This document shows positions 19,532-29,621 of a DNA stretch of 64,000 nt, piece by piece (the first letter of the stretch is position 1; every line of letters starts with the position of its first letter). The stretch lies in IMG/VR virus record IMGVR_UViG_3300023174_000133, positions 1 through 64,000 of that record; one strand, 5' to 3'. The position numbers and the translations under genes are program-made. This stretch comes from a virus. The notes under the pieces are model-generated. The model did no database searches. It saw only the letters and a program-made list of their open reading frames with translations, and was not told the DNA's origin.

Positions 19532-19873
19532 CTATCTATTATAATCGTCCTCTAATCTTACAACGTCGTTTGGATAATACGTGCTCACTTCTAATAGCTT
19601 GACTTCCACTTGTTCTGCACAAAATCTATGGATTGTTCCTGGTTTGACGTGAAAAGATTCACCAGGTATCAAAAACTCTACACGTAAATCATCTTGCGAA
19701 CCGACTTCTAACCTAAGCACGCCCTCGAGGACTCGTATCGTCTCTTCTTTATTAACGTGATATTGTCTTGATAATCTAAAGCCCGGGTTAATTGTGATAA
19801 TCTTTCCAAGATATGCTTCACATTCTGCCCAAATTTCCTCGTTACCCCATGGCTTTTCAATAAATTTACTCAC
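19532..19873 (-). CDS. cupin-domain protein (mannose-6-phosphate isomerase type II-like)
   Basis: KPWG, LSRQYH..KEET, PGTIHR, EVST, DVVRLEDDY. Confidence 0.85.
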   Translation of the reverse strand: MSKFIEKPWGNEEIWAECEAYLGKIITINPGFRLSRQYHVNKEETIRVLEGVLRLEVGSQDDLRVEFLIPGESFHVKPGTIHRFCAEQVEVKLLEVSTYYPNDVVRLEDDYNR

Positions 19874-20300
19874 TTTCTAACTCCTTTTCATATACTTTGT
19901 TATGTCCCATAACTTCTGTGAAAGCATTTAATAACTTGCCAGCGACTTCGTTCGCGCCATCTTCGAGTTCTGACGAGAAATGCAAATCGCTTTTTTTAGG
20001 ATGTAATCCACTTTCGAGTTGTTTTAAATGAAACATTTCGTGTGCGATACTTCGTAGAACATCGGGAAGCAATCTACCACGACAAAATATTTTTATTTTC
20101 TTTAGTTCGAACTGACAGACTGCTGTTGTTTCTATGTTGTGTTTCTTACGATCTCCAACAAGATAACATTTGTATTCGTCGTGCAGCGAAAGCGCTCTTG
20201 AACAATATTGAACGTATAACTCCAATATTCGTTTAACTTCATCGTTAATACGAAGGTTCTTTTCAAGAAAAATTCTTACGCTTACATTATTTGTCGACAT
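19866..20300 (-). CDS. HExxH zincin-like hypothetical protein
   Basis: LRSIAHEMFHLKQ...ELEDGANEVAG. Confidence 0.6.
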   Translation of the reverse strand: MSTNNVSVRIFLEKNLRINDEVKRILELYVQYCSRALSLHDEYKCYLVGDRKKHNIETTAVCQFELKKIKIFCRGRLLPDVLRSIAHEMFHLKQLESGLHPKKSDLHFSSELEDGANEVAGKLLNAFTEVMGHNKVYEKELESE

Positions 20301-20799
20301 TTGATGCTGACTCTATTAGCCACGATGACGACTGGATTTTGCCACCACCTACTCCGAAAATTACTTTACAACCGATTTCTTCGCATAAATCGAATTCAGG
20401 CACATTCGCAGCAGCGTCTCTATCGCCACCTTTTGTAAATGCAACGGGCTTTAGTATTGCTATAGCTCCGACAACTGTTTGTGAACCATCATCCCATGGG
20501 ACAACATAATCTACACCACGAACGCCAGCTATAATTTCAATACGCTCAGCCTCAGGCATAAATGGTTTGCCTTTTTTGCGCACTAAAAATCCGTCGCTAT
20601 TAACGATAACTGCAAATTTAATTTTTTTTCCCTTAAAATATTTTTGCTCTTGACAAATTTTCGCGCTCTCTTGAAGACAGCGAAGATGTCCAATGTGCAT
20701 GGGATCGAATCCACCTGACGTTACGATAAGTTCTTCGTTAAAAACGTCAGCGTGCATCCTAAGTTCTTGCACATCTTTAAAGATATTGTGTTCATTCAT
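20287..20799 (-). CDS. cytidylyltransferase-family nucleotidyltransferase (TagD/RfaE-II-like)
   Basis: SGGFDPMHIGH, RKKGKPFM..ER, KGGDR, KIQSSS. Confidence 0.88.
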   Translation of the reverse strand: MNEHNIFKDVQELRMHADVFNEELIVTSGGFDPMHIGHLRCLQESAKICQEQKYFKGKKIKFAVIVNSDGFLVRKKGKPFMPEAERIEIIAGVRGVDYVVPWDDGSQTVVGAIAILKPVAFTKGGDRDAAANVPEFDLCEEIGCKVIFGVGGGKIQSSSWLIESASNVDK

Positions 20800-20827
20800 G
20801 TGATCCTCGCAATTTAATACTAACTAT

Positions 20828-22465
20828 CTATTGTAAACTCTTCTTAAATGTCTCTGGGAATAGATGCGAGTTACTACCATAAAATCGTTGCCAGTCGACA
20901 TCAAGAATGTAACTCGCAGCATGATCGTTTTCGTTTCTAATAGAACGACCTAAGGACTGAACAACAGTTTTCGCGGTCTCAAAGGCGTACCACCAACCCC
21001 AGCGGTGCATACGCTTCTTGACAATTTTATCTCCAAGATAAGGGTACGGAACCTTGCAAATAATTTGAAAGCGAGATAAATTATCCTTCAAGTCTACGCC
21101 TTCCTGCATCGAAGGAGACACGATTACGGTAGGTTCTTTTGAGCGCATGTGCTCTTCTAATTTCTTGTGTCGATCCTCAGAACCATGGAAAATCAGTCGT
21201 TTATTCTTAATGTGTTGTTTAATGTAAGAGGCGATTTTATAGCTATGAGCGTGAATGATTCCCTTCTCTTTTGGGTGTTGTTCAAGGATGCTTTTGATTG
21301 CCTCGACCAATTTAGGAAGGTCAGCATCGATCGTCCCAGCTGACATTTTAGCGATTGGAAAAGCGAAAATTGGATGATTGTTAGAATCGAATGGAGACGG
21401 AATCGACATAAACGAAACATCGTCGTCGGCGATGCCAAGCATTCTACAAAAACCTGTTTGATTAATAATGGTAGCAGACATCATTAATACCTTACGACCA
21501 CTTTTAAACAAAATTTGTTCGGCGTATGGCGAAATGTCGATCGACTTAAACTCGAGTTTTCGCATTCCCTTTCCTTCGCCATCAGAAAGATTAAACACCC
21601 AATTCTCTTCATCGTAGAGCGAAAGGAATTGCTCGATCTTCGTAAGATGTTTACTCAACATATCGTACTGTTTCGTAATTTTTTCGAACTCTCCGTTACC
21701 TTTTTCGTTGAGTTTGAACTTCTCGATAATCATTTCATATTGAGCAACATGAACTTTCAACTGCTGAATATAAACGTTTTTAACCCAATCAAAAGATTGC
21801 TTTTGAGTAGAGAGTTCTGGCATTTCAAGCTTGAGCGCGCTCAAAGCGAATCGCTCAGATACCGAGATTTCGATGAACTTACACAGCTCGCCGTCTGCGT
21901 TATGCGCTTCGTCGACGACAAGTAGGTTACGAGGCTCAAGCTTTCCGGAATACGCAGTTTCGGTTAGAAAATAACTGAAATTTGTCACCGACTCGTCTGA
22001 TGAAATAAACTTCGTCTTTTCTTCTCTGTACGTACAGTGAAATTTGCAGGTGCGATAAAACTTCGACGTTGTATCAGTCTCTGCCTTTAATTGTTGTAGG
22101 GATTCACCACAGTTTTGTTTTTTGTGATGCTTGCACTGATAATTTGCAGCCGACATAATTTGTCGCATGCCACCGTCAGGTTCACCGAAATCGTGGATGT
22201 ATTGTTCTTGAAGCAGCTTCTGAGTAGTCAAAAAATAAGCACCGTTTTTATACCCAGAGTCTGAGTTTTGCGGTTGCGTCGCAGTGAGGTAACGTGCGAT
22301 AGTCATACCGATAGCAGATTTTCCAACGCCCGTCGCAGCTTCCAAAACCATGAAGCGTTTATTTTCTGTAACGAATGCGTTAAGAGCAGCGTTAATCGCA
22401 TTTTCCTGCGCTTCACGACACTCGGCATAAGGAAAATACTGAATCCAATCGCTCTTCGTAATCAA
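20828..22465 (-). CDS. DinG/Rad3-like ATP-dependent DNA helicase
   Basis: Q motif REAQ, AATGVGKS, DEAH, SAT, EGVD, QSLGRSIR; Cys cluster. Confidence 0.88.
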   Translation of the reverse strand: MITKSDWIQYFPYAECREAQENAINAALNAFVTENKRFMVLEAATGVGKSAIGMTIARYLTATQPQNSDSGYKNGAYFLTTQKLLQEQYIHDFGEPDGGMRQIMSAANYQCKHHKKQNCGESLQQLKAETDTTSKFYRTCKFHCTYREEKTKFISSDESVTNFSYFLTETAYSGKLEPRNLLVVDEAHNADGELCKFIEISVSERFALSALKLEMPELSTQKQSFDWVKNVYIQQLKVHVAQYEMIIEKFKLNEKGNGEFEKITKQYDMLSKHLTKIEQFLSLYDEENWVFNLSDGEGKGMRKLEFKSIDISPYAEQILFKSGRKVLMMSATIINQTGFCRMLGIADDDVSFMSIPSPFDSNNHPIFAFPIAKMSAGTIDADLPKLVEAIKSILEQHPKEKGIIHAHSYKIASYIKQHIKNKRLIFHGSEDRHKKLEEHMRSKEPTVIVSPSMQEGVDLKDNLSRFQIICKVPYPYLGDKIVKKRMHRWGWWYAFETAKTVVQSLGRSIRNENDHAASYILDVDWQRFYGSNSHLFPETFKKSLQ

Positions 22466-22541
22466 GTGACTCTCCAGGTATAATTTTAGACACTATGATA
22501 GAATCAAAGACTATATCACAGTTACATTGTAGCGATAAATC

Positions 22542-22862
22542 TTAAATTTTATATTGTATGAAATTAGCAGGGAAATCTTTTTCACCCTGCATTTTCTTTA
22601 GACGTTCTTCGGAGCGCTTTCTTGCGTAAAATTTTGCTTCGGTCTCGTCTTTAAATGACATCGATTCGCTATTTTCTTCATCTTCTTCGTCGTTTATAAC
22701 AACTCGCCATGCTCCATGAGCAACATCAGGCGAAATATTTGCGTCGACGCCAGGGACACTTCTCCAATTAAACATACTATCTTCCGGCGGAAGTGTTGTT
22801 TTATAACTTCTACCGATTTCTTCTGCTATAATTTCGCGAACAAGGGCCCTGAGATTTGTCAT
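22542..22862 (-). CDS. hypothetical protein with N-terminal LRxxxRE tag
   Basis: MTNLRALVREIIAEEI. Confidence 0.6.
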   Translation of the reverse strand: MTNLRALVREIIAEEIGRSYKTTLPPEDSMFNWRSVPGVDANISPDVAHGAWRVVINDEEDEENSESMSFKDETEAKFYARKRSEERLKKMQGEKDFPANFIQYKI

Positions 22863-22892
22863 ATTATTAACTATCTCAGGGCCCAAGAAAAA

Positions 22893-23309
22893 TTACTCTA
22901 CTGAAATTTTTCGCTTACTTGGGCGCTTCACAGGAACTTCTAAATGAAGGACACCAGCTTCATACTTCGCAGAAATATTTTCATAGTTTGTACCGTCAGG
23001 TAGAGACCACGACTTTTCATAAGTCGCCTTATTCGTCTCCGAATTTTTCGCAGCATTTACAGGACTCGGAATAAACGAATACATACTCGACGAATTTCGA
23101 ATTTCACGAGATGCACTAACTCGTAGTGTATTCGAAACGATCTCAACGTCGATATCAGAACGAGAAAGGCCGGGCAAATCGATGTCGATTTCAAACCCTT
23201 CATCCGTCCTACGAACGTTTGAATTCGCAAGCCAGGAATTTTCGAACGTGTTCTTGGTATTGCCAAACATATTATCAATCATATCGTAGTGAATAAGACC
23301 AAACATCAT
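22893..23309 (-). CDS. small heat-shock protein Hsp20
   Basis: DLPGLSRSDIDVE, SWSLP, ISAKYEAGVLHLEVP. Confidence 0.9.
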   Translation of the reverse strand: MMFGLIHYDMIDNMFGNTKNTFENSWLANSNVRRTDEGFEIDIDLPGLSRSDIDVEIVSNTLRVSASREIRNSSSMYSFIPSPVNAAKNSETNKATYEKSWSLPDGTNYENISAKYEAGVLHLEVPVKRPSKRKISVE

Positions 23310-23397
23310 TTTCTCCTAATTTTGCCGAATTCTATCATTCGGACCCATATAAAGTAATCACGCTGGAGAAAAAGAACATAGTCTTAGAGAAAAATTA

Positions 23398-23889
23398 TTA
23401 GAAAAGTTTACTCAATAATTCAACTCTTTCTTTCATTTTCACTTTCTTATCTTTAGGACGTAAAACAGTCGAACAAATCATTCTTGTAGCCTGTTTTTCT
23501 CCCATTTTATTGTAATTTAATTTTTGATCGTTCATAAAATCGACGATCACGTTTGTCGACGTTTCAACATCGAACATCTCTTTACGAGACATCTTATAGC
23601 CCAAACCATCTACATGTAGTTGAAATATTCCAAACGATTTATGACCAGGAGAAGTCGCTCTCGGATCGAGCTCACTTTCAGCGAATGCGTTAACGATTAG
23701 ACCACGAATGACATGTTCCGACTTAAATCCTCGCTTTCTTGCTACTTTTTCAATAGCACATGCTACGATTCTTTGTTTTTCCGTCACGTTTGCTTTAAGA
23801 CACACTGGTTCAATAATCTCGCTCTTATCCAAACCAGGTGCATACGCCATTTTAGTAAAAAATAAACACAGAATTAGAAAATTCATCAT
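23398..23889 (-). CDS. exported lysozyme-like / transglycosylase-like protein
   Basis: Signal-like N-terminus; GLIVNAFAESELDP...GIFQ. Confidence 0.6.
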   Translation of the reverse strand: MMNFLILCLFFTKMAYAPGLDKSEIIEPVCLKANVTEKQRIVACAIEKVARKRGFKSEHVIRGLIVNAFAESELDPRATSPGHKSFGIFQLHVDGLGYKMSRKEMFDVETSTNVIVDFMNDQKLNYNKMGEKQATRMICSTVLRPKDKKVKMKERVELLSKLF

Positions 23890-23950
23890 TTTCCTTATTG
23901 TATTTGTTTAATTATACAGCGAAAAGCATTTGAATGATACAGAAAAAAGA

Positions 23951-23972
23951 AAGGGGAGCAATTGCTCCCCTT
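23951..23972 (-). terminator. rho-independent terminator
   Basis: aaggggagc-aatt-gctcccctt, followed by a T-rich run on the minus strand. Confidence 0.75.
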
Positions 23973-23991
23973 CCTAAAGGATTTATTTAAA

Positions 23992-24252
23992 TCACTGCGT
24001 AACTGTCGTAGAGGTAGCACCGACCTGTGGACATACGCCATCGACAGGCGTTGAACCATCGGCGCAGCTCGTAGCTGGAGTCGTAACAGTCGACGAACCC
24101 GTTGCAGTTACTGTGACGTCAGCAGCAGGAGAAGTCGCATCTACTGGCGCGGGAGTTTGCGTAACACTATCGGTAATTTGGTCATTGACCGCGGTTTCAG
24201 AAGCACAACCAGCAACCATCATGAAAACTACTGCACTAAGACTCTTGAACAA
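23992..24252 (-). CDS. T/S/P-rich lipoprotein
   Basis: Hydrophobic leader ending in lipobox VAGC; GGAGG ribosome-binding site. Confidence 0.6.
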   Translation of the reverse strand: MFKSLSAVVFMMVAGCASETAVNDQITDSVTQTPAPVDATSPAADVTVTATGSSTVTTPATSCADGSTPVDGVCPQVGATSTTVTQ

Positions 24253-24317
24253 TTTGCCCTCCTTGTTAATGTGGCATACAGATTATTATCAGACATCTCA
24301 AATTTTATATCGAAAAG

Positions 24318-24408
24318 TGGCGGGTGTGAGGTGATTCGAACACCTGACTGCCTTTCGACAGTGCCACGGTTCCAGCGTGGTGCATTAGACCAACTATGCT
24401 ACACACCC
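24318..24408 (-). tRNA. tRNA-Ser(GGA)
   Basis: Cloverleaf, anticodon arm CCACG-CTGGAAC-CGTGG, long variable arm, CCA. Confidence 0.92.
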
Positions 24409-24483
24409 AAAGTTACAAACATTTACAACAATAATTATTCTCGAGACTATGTAAATAAATGAGCTGCGTCACGAGGTGATTTT

Positions 24484-25218
24484 ATGAGGGTAGCTTCGAC
24501 ATTATTCTTATTATTCTCTATATTTTTTCTCACCTCGTTTAGTGAAGTGAGAACTATCGTTAGACAAGACGGAATTAACCCTCCATCTAATTCATTTGGA
24601 TTTGTAGTTTCGATAGTCACTATAAAAAATGCTGAAAAATGTTTAAAAGATGGTTGTCAAGAAGGCATGACTGCTGTCTCTTCTGCGTCTTCAACGATAG
24701 TACAACAAGAGAACGGATTTACAAGATTACTCACGGCCGGTCACGCATGCGCAGTATCAGAAGCCGGAGATACCGTAACGATGATCGAGGATTTCGAAGG
24801 ACAAAAGCACTTCGTAACATCACAAGTCTATTCGGGTGATCCTGATTTGTGTTTACTCGAAACAGATGGGACTTGGGGCACTCCCCTCGGCATCTCGCTT
24901 GTAACTCCACAACATGGAGATAGGGTTTGGAATATGGCTGCGCCAAGTGGAATATTCGCACCAGGCATGTTATTAATTTTCGAAGGATATTATTCTGGCG
25001 AAAAAGACGGGAGCGACTACTACACAGTTCCAGCCGCGCCAGGATCTTCAGGCAGCGCCATACTAAATTCTAAAGGCGATATAATCGGAGTAATACATTC
25101 TGCTATACTAAAGTTTCCAAATTTAGCAGCTTGTGTAACTCAAGAACAAATTATATCTTTTTTGAAAAAAGCAACCGCGATTCTGGACGAGAGACACTCA
25201 AATCCTGATCAGGAATAG
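24484..25218 (+). CDS. exported trypsin-like serine protease
   Basis: Signal peptide, LTAGHAC, DLCLL, PGSSGS. Confidence 0.88.
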   Translation: MRVASTLFLLFSIFFLTSFSEVRTIVRQDGINPPSNSFGFVVSIVTIKNAEKCLKDGCQEGMTAVSSASSTIVQQENGFTRLLTAGHACAVSEAGDTVTMIEDFEGQKHFVTSQVYSGDPDLCLLETDGTWGTPLGISLVTPQHGDRVWNMAAPSGIFAPGMLLIFEGYYSGEKDGSDYYTVPAAPGSSGSAILNSKGDIIGVIHSAILKFPNLAACVTQEQIISFLKKATAILDERHSNPDQE

Positions 25219-25386
25219 AAAAATAAACGCCGCTGCACAAGTTATAAGAAAGCTCGTTGTTTAACATTAAATGCCCACTAACAAGCTCAGCGGGTCTATT
25301 AAACGGGCTTACAATAACTCCAAAACTAAATAATAAATTTGTGAGTAACAAAGTGACTCCAAAAAAGTTGAATGCGTTTTTATATA

Positions 25387-25758
25387 TCAACCAAGAGTCA
25401 TTTCTTCCCACTCACCATCCCAATTTGTGTATCGAACGACTTCAACACCACGCAATCGAAGAAATTTTTGACAATGAATACAAGGTTTGGCCATCGTAAT
25501 TTCGCCCGTCGACTTAAAACGAGTAACAAAAATTTTTCTTGGGATATTTTTTCCCATCTTTAGTATCAAATCGACTTCTGCATGTCGTTCATGACAAGAA
25601 CCCTTCCATCCTTGATACCATTTTTTATATTTTGCAGTCTGTTTCCAGCTACAAATACCGCGAGTCTCACTTTTTTTATCCGCCCAAGCCACTACGTGGA
25701 ATGGATGACCATTCGCAAGTGCAGCGTTGAGCAGTTCATAGTAGAGAGTTGGACACAC
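25387..25758 (-). CDS. Zn-dependent deaminase-fold protein
   Basis: HAEVD and KPCIHC motifs. Confidence 0.7.
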   Translation of the reverse strand: MCPTLYYELLNAALANGHPFHVVAWADKKSETRGICSWKQTAKYKKWYQGWKGSCHERHAEVDLILKMGKNIPRKIFVTRFKSTGEITMAKPCIHCQKFLRLRGVEVVRYTNWDGEWEEMTLG

Positions 25759-25772
25759 CCACCTCCAAAACT

Positions 25773-25800
25773 AATATAACTCGTATTTAAAAAATGAACA
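25773..25800 (-). promoter_or_regulatory. class A promoter-like motif TGTTCA-N16-TATATT
   Basis: Recurring motif, upstream of the deaminase. Confidence 0.55.
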
Positions 25801-25805
25801 TCTTT

Positions 25806-26693
25806 TTAGAAAAGATTACTGAAATATCTCTCGCCCCGGTCGCAGAGTACGGTCGCGACATTTTTAGCACCTGTCTTACGAGCCCATCGTTCTGCGGCTA
25901 TCAAATTTGCGCAAGCAGAAAATCCAACAAATAAACCCGACGACGCCGCCAATATTCTTGAGCGTTCTTCGGCTTCATGAGTCTTGACAAGGATTATATC
26001 GTCGACTTTTTTCAAATCCACGAGAAATTTTGAACCATCGCCGATTCCCTGAATGCCATGAAGACCTTTTTGTCCACCACTCATAACTGGAGATTCGGCT
26101 GGTTCGACAGCAACTAATTTCGTATTGGGAGAAAGCGTTCTAAATACATGCCCGACTCCCATCAATGTGCCACCTGTACCAGTCCCGGCTACGAAAGCAT
26201 CGAGCGTAATACCTTGTTCACGAAGCTGATTCCAGAGCTCACTACCTGTACCATCAATGTGAGCCCTAATATTCCAATGATTATGAAATTGATTACCGTT
26301 AAACCAACCATTCGTCTCAGCCATTTCGTTCCTAAGCGCAATCGCTCCCTCAAAATCTCCATCTCCCACCTCTATGAGCTTTGCACCATAAGCCTTAAAC
26401 GCTTTCTTCCTTTCCTCACTCATGTTCTTCGGCATAATAAGCGTGCAAGAAATTCCATAATACGCGCAAAACATCGCAAATGAAATACCTGCGTTACCAG
26501 AAGTCGCCTCTATGAGATTTCCACCTCTGGCAAGTTTACCTTCTCGCATTGCCTCTTGCATAATTCTTAACATCGGACGGTCTTTTATCGAACCACTTGG
26601 ATTTAAAAATTCTGCCTTCGCCCAAATAACTAAATCGCCCAAGTCAAATTTTAGTAGTGGAGTATTTCCAACAAGGTCGGGTAACGTTAACAT
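25806..26693 (-). CDS. cysK: cysteine synthase (PLP-dependent, CysK/CysM family)
   Basis: GNTPL, KAEFLNPSGSIKDR, EATSGNAG, GTGTGGT, HGIQGIG, CDRGERY. Confidence 0.93.
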   Translation of the reverse strand: MLTLPDLVGNTPLLKFDLGDLVIWAKAEFLNPSGSIKDRPMLRIMQEAMREGKLARGGNLIEATSGNAGISFAMFCAYYGISCTLIMPKNMSEERKKAFKAYGAKLIEVGDGDFEGAIALRNEMAETNGWFNGNQFHNHWNIRAHIDGTGSELWNQLREQGITLDAFVAGTGTGGTLMGVGHVFRTLSPNTKLVAVEPAESPVMSGGQKGLHGIQGIGDGSKFLVDLKKVDDIILVKTHEAEERSRILAASSGLFVGFSACANLIAAERWARKTGAKNVATVLCDRGERYFSNLF

Positions 26694-26728
26694 AAGGATA
26701 AGTATTTAGAAATATCTGGAGATTTAAA

Positions 26729-27745
26729 TTGTTATTAAAAGAATTTCGCGCACTAATCAGAGAGATCATTCTTGAATCGACCCCAAGAATTCCTGACCTA
26801 TCAAGGGAAGACATAATCGAAGTACTACAAGACATCTTGGGTCGCGATCCTCTAATTTCTTATACTGAAAAATTAGCAGGTCAATTCCTGGAAATCAAAA
26901 TACAAGACGGAGAAGTCGGAAGCATATTCAAGGATGCAAAAGAAAAAGGAGTCCCGCACGGACTTAGATATGACACGGGAGGTACTGCGCGCAGTCTTCG
27001 TTCGATAACGCTGCCACCTGAAATGGAAGGAAAAACATATCAGTTTGAAATCCTAAAACCAGATAATAGGCCTGACTATGTCAATTATACTGTTGGCGAC
27101 AAAACTCTCGCGATTGAATTTACGGGAGCGTTAACACCAGAAGTCGCGTCGAAATTGAACGCTGCACAACCGCATGTTACATTTATGTCGAAGGCTGATA
27201 TTACTCGCAAACCAAAACCTCTTTCGCCTGAACTCGCCGAAAAGGTTAAGGCTGCATTAGTTGGCGTCTCATCTTCTCCGAAAATGAAGAGAGCCGATAA
27301 AGAAGCTATTGAATCTCTAATTTCGACAGCACTCGTAGAAATATTTGGAGACTCGATACTTGGCGGTGCACCAGAAGGTATATTCGCAACTGGCACTTCG
27401 AAATCATTTAAAATACCAGAAGCTTCTTACGCGTTAGTACAAAGGTTACAAGCTCCAATTTATGCCGTATTCTCAGAAAAGAGCACATACGATCTCCACG
27501 AGCTCGAAAATAGGATAGCTTCATTCACACCTGAAGATAAAATGGCGAAGCAAATAAAACAATACTTAGAAGCCACTGCTAACGGTTTACCGAAAGGATT
27601 CAGAACGTTCTTCACGCCTGAAGAAGCATCAGGATTATTGCAACAATTAGAATCGATCCTCACGGGCGACCCGACAACCGCTTCAAGTTTCTATAGGCAA
27701 TTCCGCCGCCGCGTTAGTAACAAAACACAGTGGGTCGCGACCTGA
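26729..27745 (+). CDS. hypothetical ligase-fold-like protein with N-terminal tag
   Basis: LKEFRALIREIILE tag; TEKLAG, EGIF and FKI resemble ligase motifs I, IV and V. Confidence 0.5.
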   Translation: MLLKEFRALIREIILESTPRIPDLSREDIIEVLQDILGRDPLISYTEKLAGQFLEIKIQDGEVGSIFKDAKEKGVPHGLRYDTGGTARSLRSITLPPEMEGKTYQFEILKPDNRPDYVNYTVGDKTLAIEFTGALTPEVASKLNAAQPHVTFMSKADITRKPKPLSPELAEKVKAALVGVSSSPKMKRADKEAIESLISTALVEIFGDSILGGAPEGIFATGTSKSFKIPEASYALVQRLQAPIYAVFSEKSTYDLHELENRIASFTPEDKMAKQIKQYLEATANGLPKGFRTFFTPEEASGLLQQLESILTGDPTTASSFYRQFRRRVSNKTQWVAT

Positions 27746-27747
27746 TT

Positions 27748-27822
27748 TGGTAGGGCCACCAGGATTTGAACCTAGATTCTCAGAGTCAAAGTCTGATGTC
27801 CTACCCTTGGACGATAGCCCTA
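27748..27822 (-). tRNA. tRNA-Gln(TTG)
   Basis: TCAGA-CTTTGAC-TCTGA, T-loop GTTCAAATC, CCA. Confidence 0.93.
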
Positions 27823-27826
27823 AAAT

Positions 27827-27901
27827 TGGAGCGGGCGACGTGGATTGAACACGCGACCGGGAGGTTGGAAACCTCCAGCTCTACCGCTGAGCTACACCCG
27901 C
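27827..27901 (-). tRNA. tRNA-Gly(TCC)
   Basis: GGAGG-TTTCCAA-CCTCC, 3' TCCA. Confidence 0.93.
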
Positions 27902-27947
27902 ACAAATAAAATATAAAAAGTTTTTATTCTTTGTTTATTATGAATAA

Positions 27948-29264
27948 TTAGACTTTCGATTTTAGAATAGAAACTTTCGAAGCCGCAGCTATAAGAGCTT
28001 TTAAAGCCGGAGCTGTGATTACTAATTTAGCCACGCTAGTAGTCCCAACAGTCGTTGGAGCTATGCTTTTTGCTATTTGCGAAGTCGAATCAGGAACTGA
28101 AGAAATCGTTTTTTCTGCAGTATCTTTCGAACTTTCTATAATCTTCTGCGAATTATATTGTTCAAGTGTGGTAGAAATTAATCGATTAATAAGAACAAGA
28201 CCACCGTAGTCTTCATTCAACGGGTCACTTGACATTTTTTGAGACACTTCGATTGCGCAATCAAGTCCTGAATCTACGACTTTTTTGGCAAACTCGTAAG
28301 ACAACTCTGTGTCTTTAAGAGCTTCGGGCGTCGGTTTCGACATCGACGCAGTCTTTTTGAAAGATTCAATATCATTAACTAGAGCTTTCTTAAGAGTTTC
28401 GAAAAAAGAATCTTTGTCGATTGAGTCAAACAAACTTTTATCAATCACGACTTGCTTCCCACCACGTCTTGCTGCGATATCTGACACGACGCCCTTCGCA
28501 ACCTGTCGCGCAAAAACAGCAAATTGAAAATCTAAAGAACCGATTTCATTCGATGGTTTATCTAGAACCTGCCTCACAGATTCTACTGAAGAAACAGACT
28601 TTAAGAAATAATTCAGCGTCTTCGAATCATAGATGCTCAAACCTCGCGTAGACAAATTAATTTCTTGCTTTAAGATTGTAATAGATTTTTCAATCGTATT
28701 CTTTAATAATTCATCGTTACCAGTATTAGATGTCCCAATGTCAATATGAGTATAACTCTTGGTATTAACGTAATTAGTGCTTACATCTTTAAGAGATAGA
28801 TAACTTGATGCAGCCGACTGAACGATGGATGCAACTCTACCATCTACTGTGCTCAAAGACGACGGTGGACTAACCAAATATTTCTTTATCGCGTCGAGGC
28901 TCTTCGATATAGAATACAAAGACATTCTCGTTGAATAATCCATCGTCGAACTTCCATACCCAGCCAACGTCGTCTGTCTCGTATACGTGTCTAATAACAT
29001 CTTCTGCACACTCGCGAGCATCTCTGGCGTGATATCTTTCGAGTCGAATGGCGTTAACTTCGTCGACGATGCAGCGTCCGCCTCGACCTTTCCCGTCGCT
29101 TCTAGAGCCGCCTGACTAATCGAGACAATGACTGCAGGAGTGTTATCAACTGTTTGACTCGCTGCAGCTTTAATAGCAGTTGAAGCTGAAGGAGTAAGAG
29201 TCTTCATAATACTCGAACTCGGACTAACGAACTTCATCCCACTCAACGTTGCAACACTCGGCAT
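27948..29264 (-). CDS. hypothetical S/T/A/K-rich protein
   Basis: 438-aa ORF, GGGG ribosome-binding site, ATACTTA motif upstream. Confidence 0.7.
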   Translation of the reverse strand: MPSVATLSGMKFVSPSSSIMKTLTPSASTAIKAAASQTVDNTPAVIVSISQAALEATGKVEADAASSTKLTPFDSKDITPEMLASVQKMLLDTYTRQTTLAGYGSSTMDYSTRMSLYSISKSLDAIKKYLVSPPSSLSTVDGRVASIVQSAASSYLSLKDVSTNYVNTKSYTHIDIGTSNTGNDELLKNTIEKSITILKQEINLSTRGLSIYDSKTLNYFLKSVSSVESVRQVLDKPSNEIGSLDFQFAVFARQVAKGVVSDIAARRGGKQVVIDKSLFDSIDKDSFFETLKKALVNDIESFKKTASMSKPTPEALKDTELSYEFAKKVVDSGLDCAIEVSQKMSSDPLNEDYGGLVLINRLISTTLEQYNSQKIIESSKDTAEKTISSVPDSTSQIAKSIAPTTVGTTSVAKLVITAPALKALIAAASKVSILKSKV

Positions 29265-29320
29265 CTTCCACCCCCTAATACATTATATTATTAAGTATGC
29301 GCTTTATACAAAACGCGAGG

Positions 29321-29406
29321 TGGTGGGTGAAGAAGGATTCGAACCTCCGTAGGCGTAAGCCGGCGGGTTTACAGCCCGCTCCCTTTGGCCGCTCGGGCAT
29401 TCACCC
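29321..29406 (-). tRNA. tRNA-Tyr(GTA)
   Basis: GCGGG-CTGTAAA-CCCGC, long variable arm, CCA. Confidence 0.95.
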
Positions 29407-29420
29407 AAAACTATATTAAA

Positions 29421-29495
29421 TGGTGGAGGATAGGGGAGTCAAACCCCTGACCCCCTGCGTGCAAAGCAGGTGCTCTCTCACTGAGCTAATCCCCC
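29421..29495 (-). tRNA. tRNA-Ala(TGC)
   Basis: CCTGC-TTTGCAC-GCAGG, G3:U70, CCA; atypical T-loop TTTGACT. Confidence 0.92.
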
Positions 29496-29499
29496 GAAG

Positions 29500-29587
29500 T
29501 GGCGGAATCGGCCTGATTCGAACAGGCGGTATCTTTCGATACGGAAGTTTTCAAGACTTCTGGAATAAACCGCTCTCCCACGATTCC
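29500..29587 (-). tRNA. tRNA-Ser(TGA)
   Basis: GAAGT-CTTGAAA-ACTTC, long variable arm, GCCA. Confidence 0.93.
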
Positions 29588-29621
29588 TCTGAAAGAATAT
29601 AATACAATAAATTCTACATTT

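Noticed and set aside
25151-25411. 86-aa minus-strand membrane ORF
   Set aside because: Overlaps the convergent protease by 68 nt and the deaminase end, with no recognisable motif; cannot be supported, though it may be real
14577-26693. Interpreting this block as bacterial chromosome
   Set aside because: It is interleaved with phage-type ORFs and shares the promoter motifs and tag found across the window
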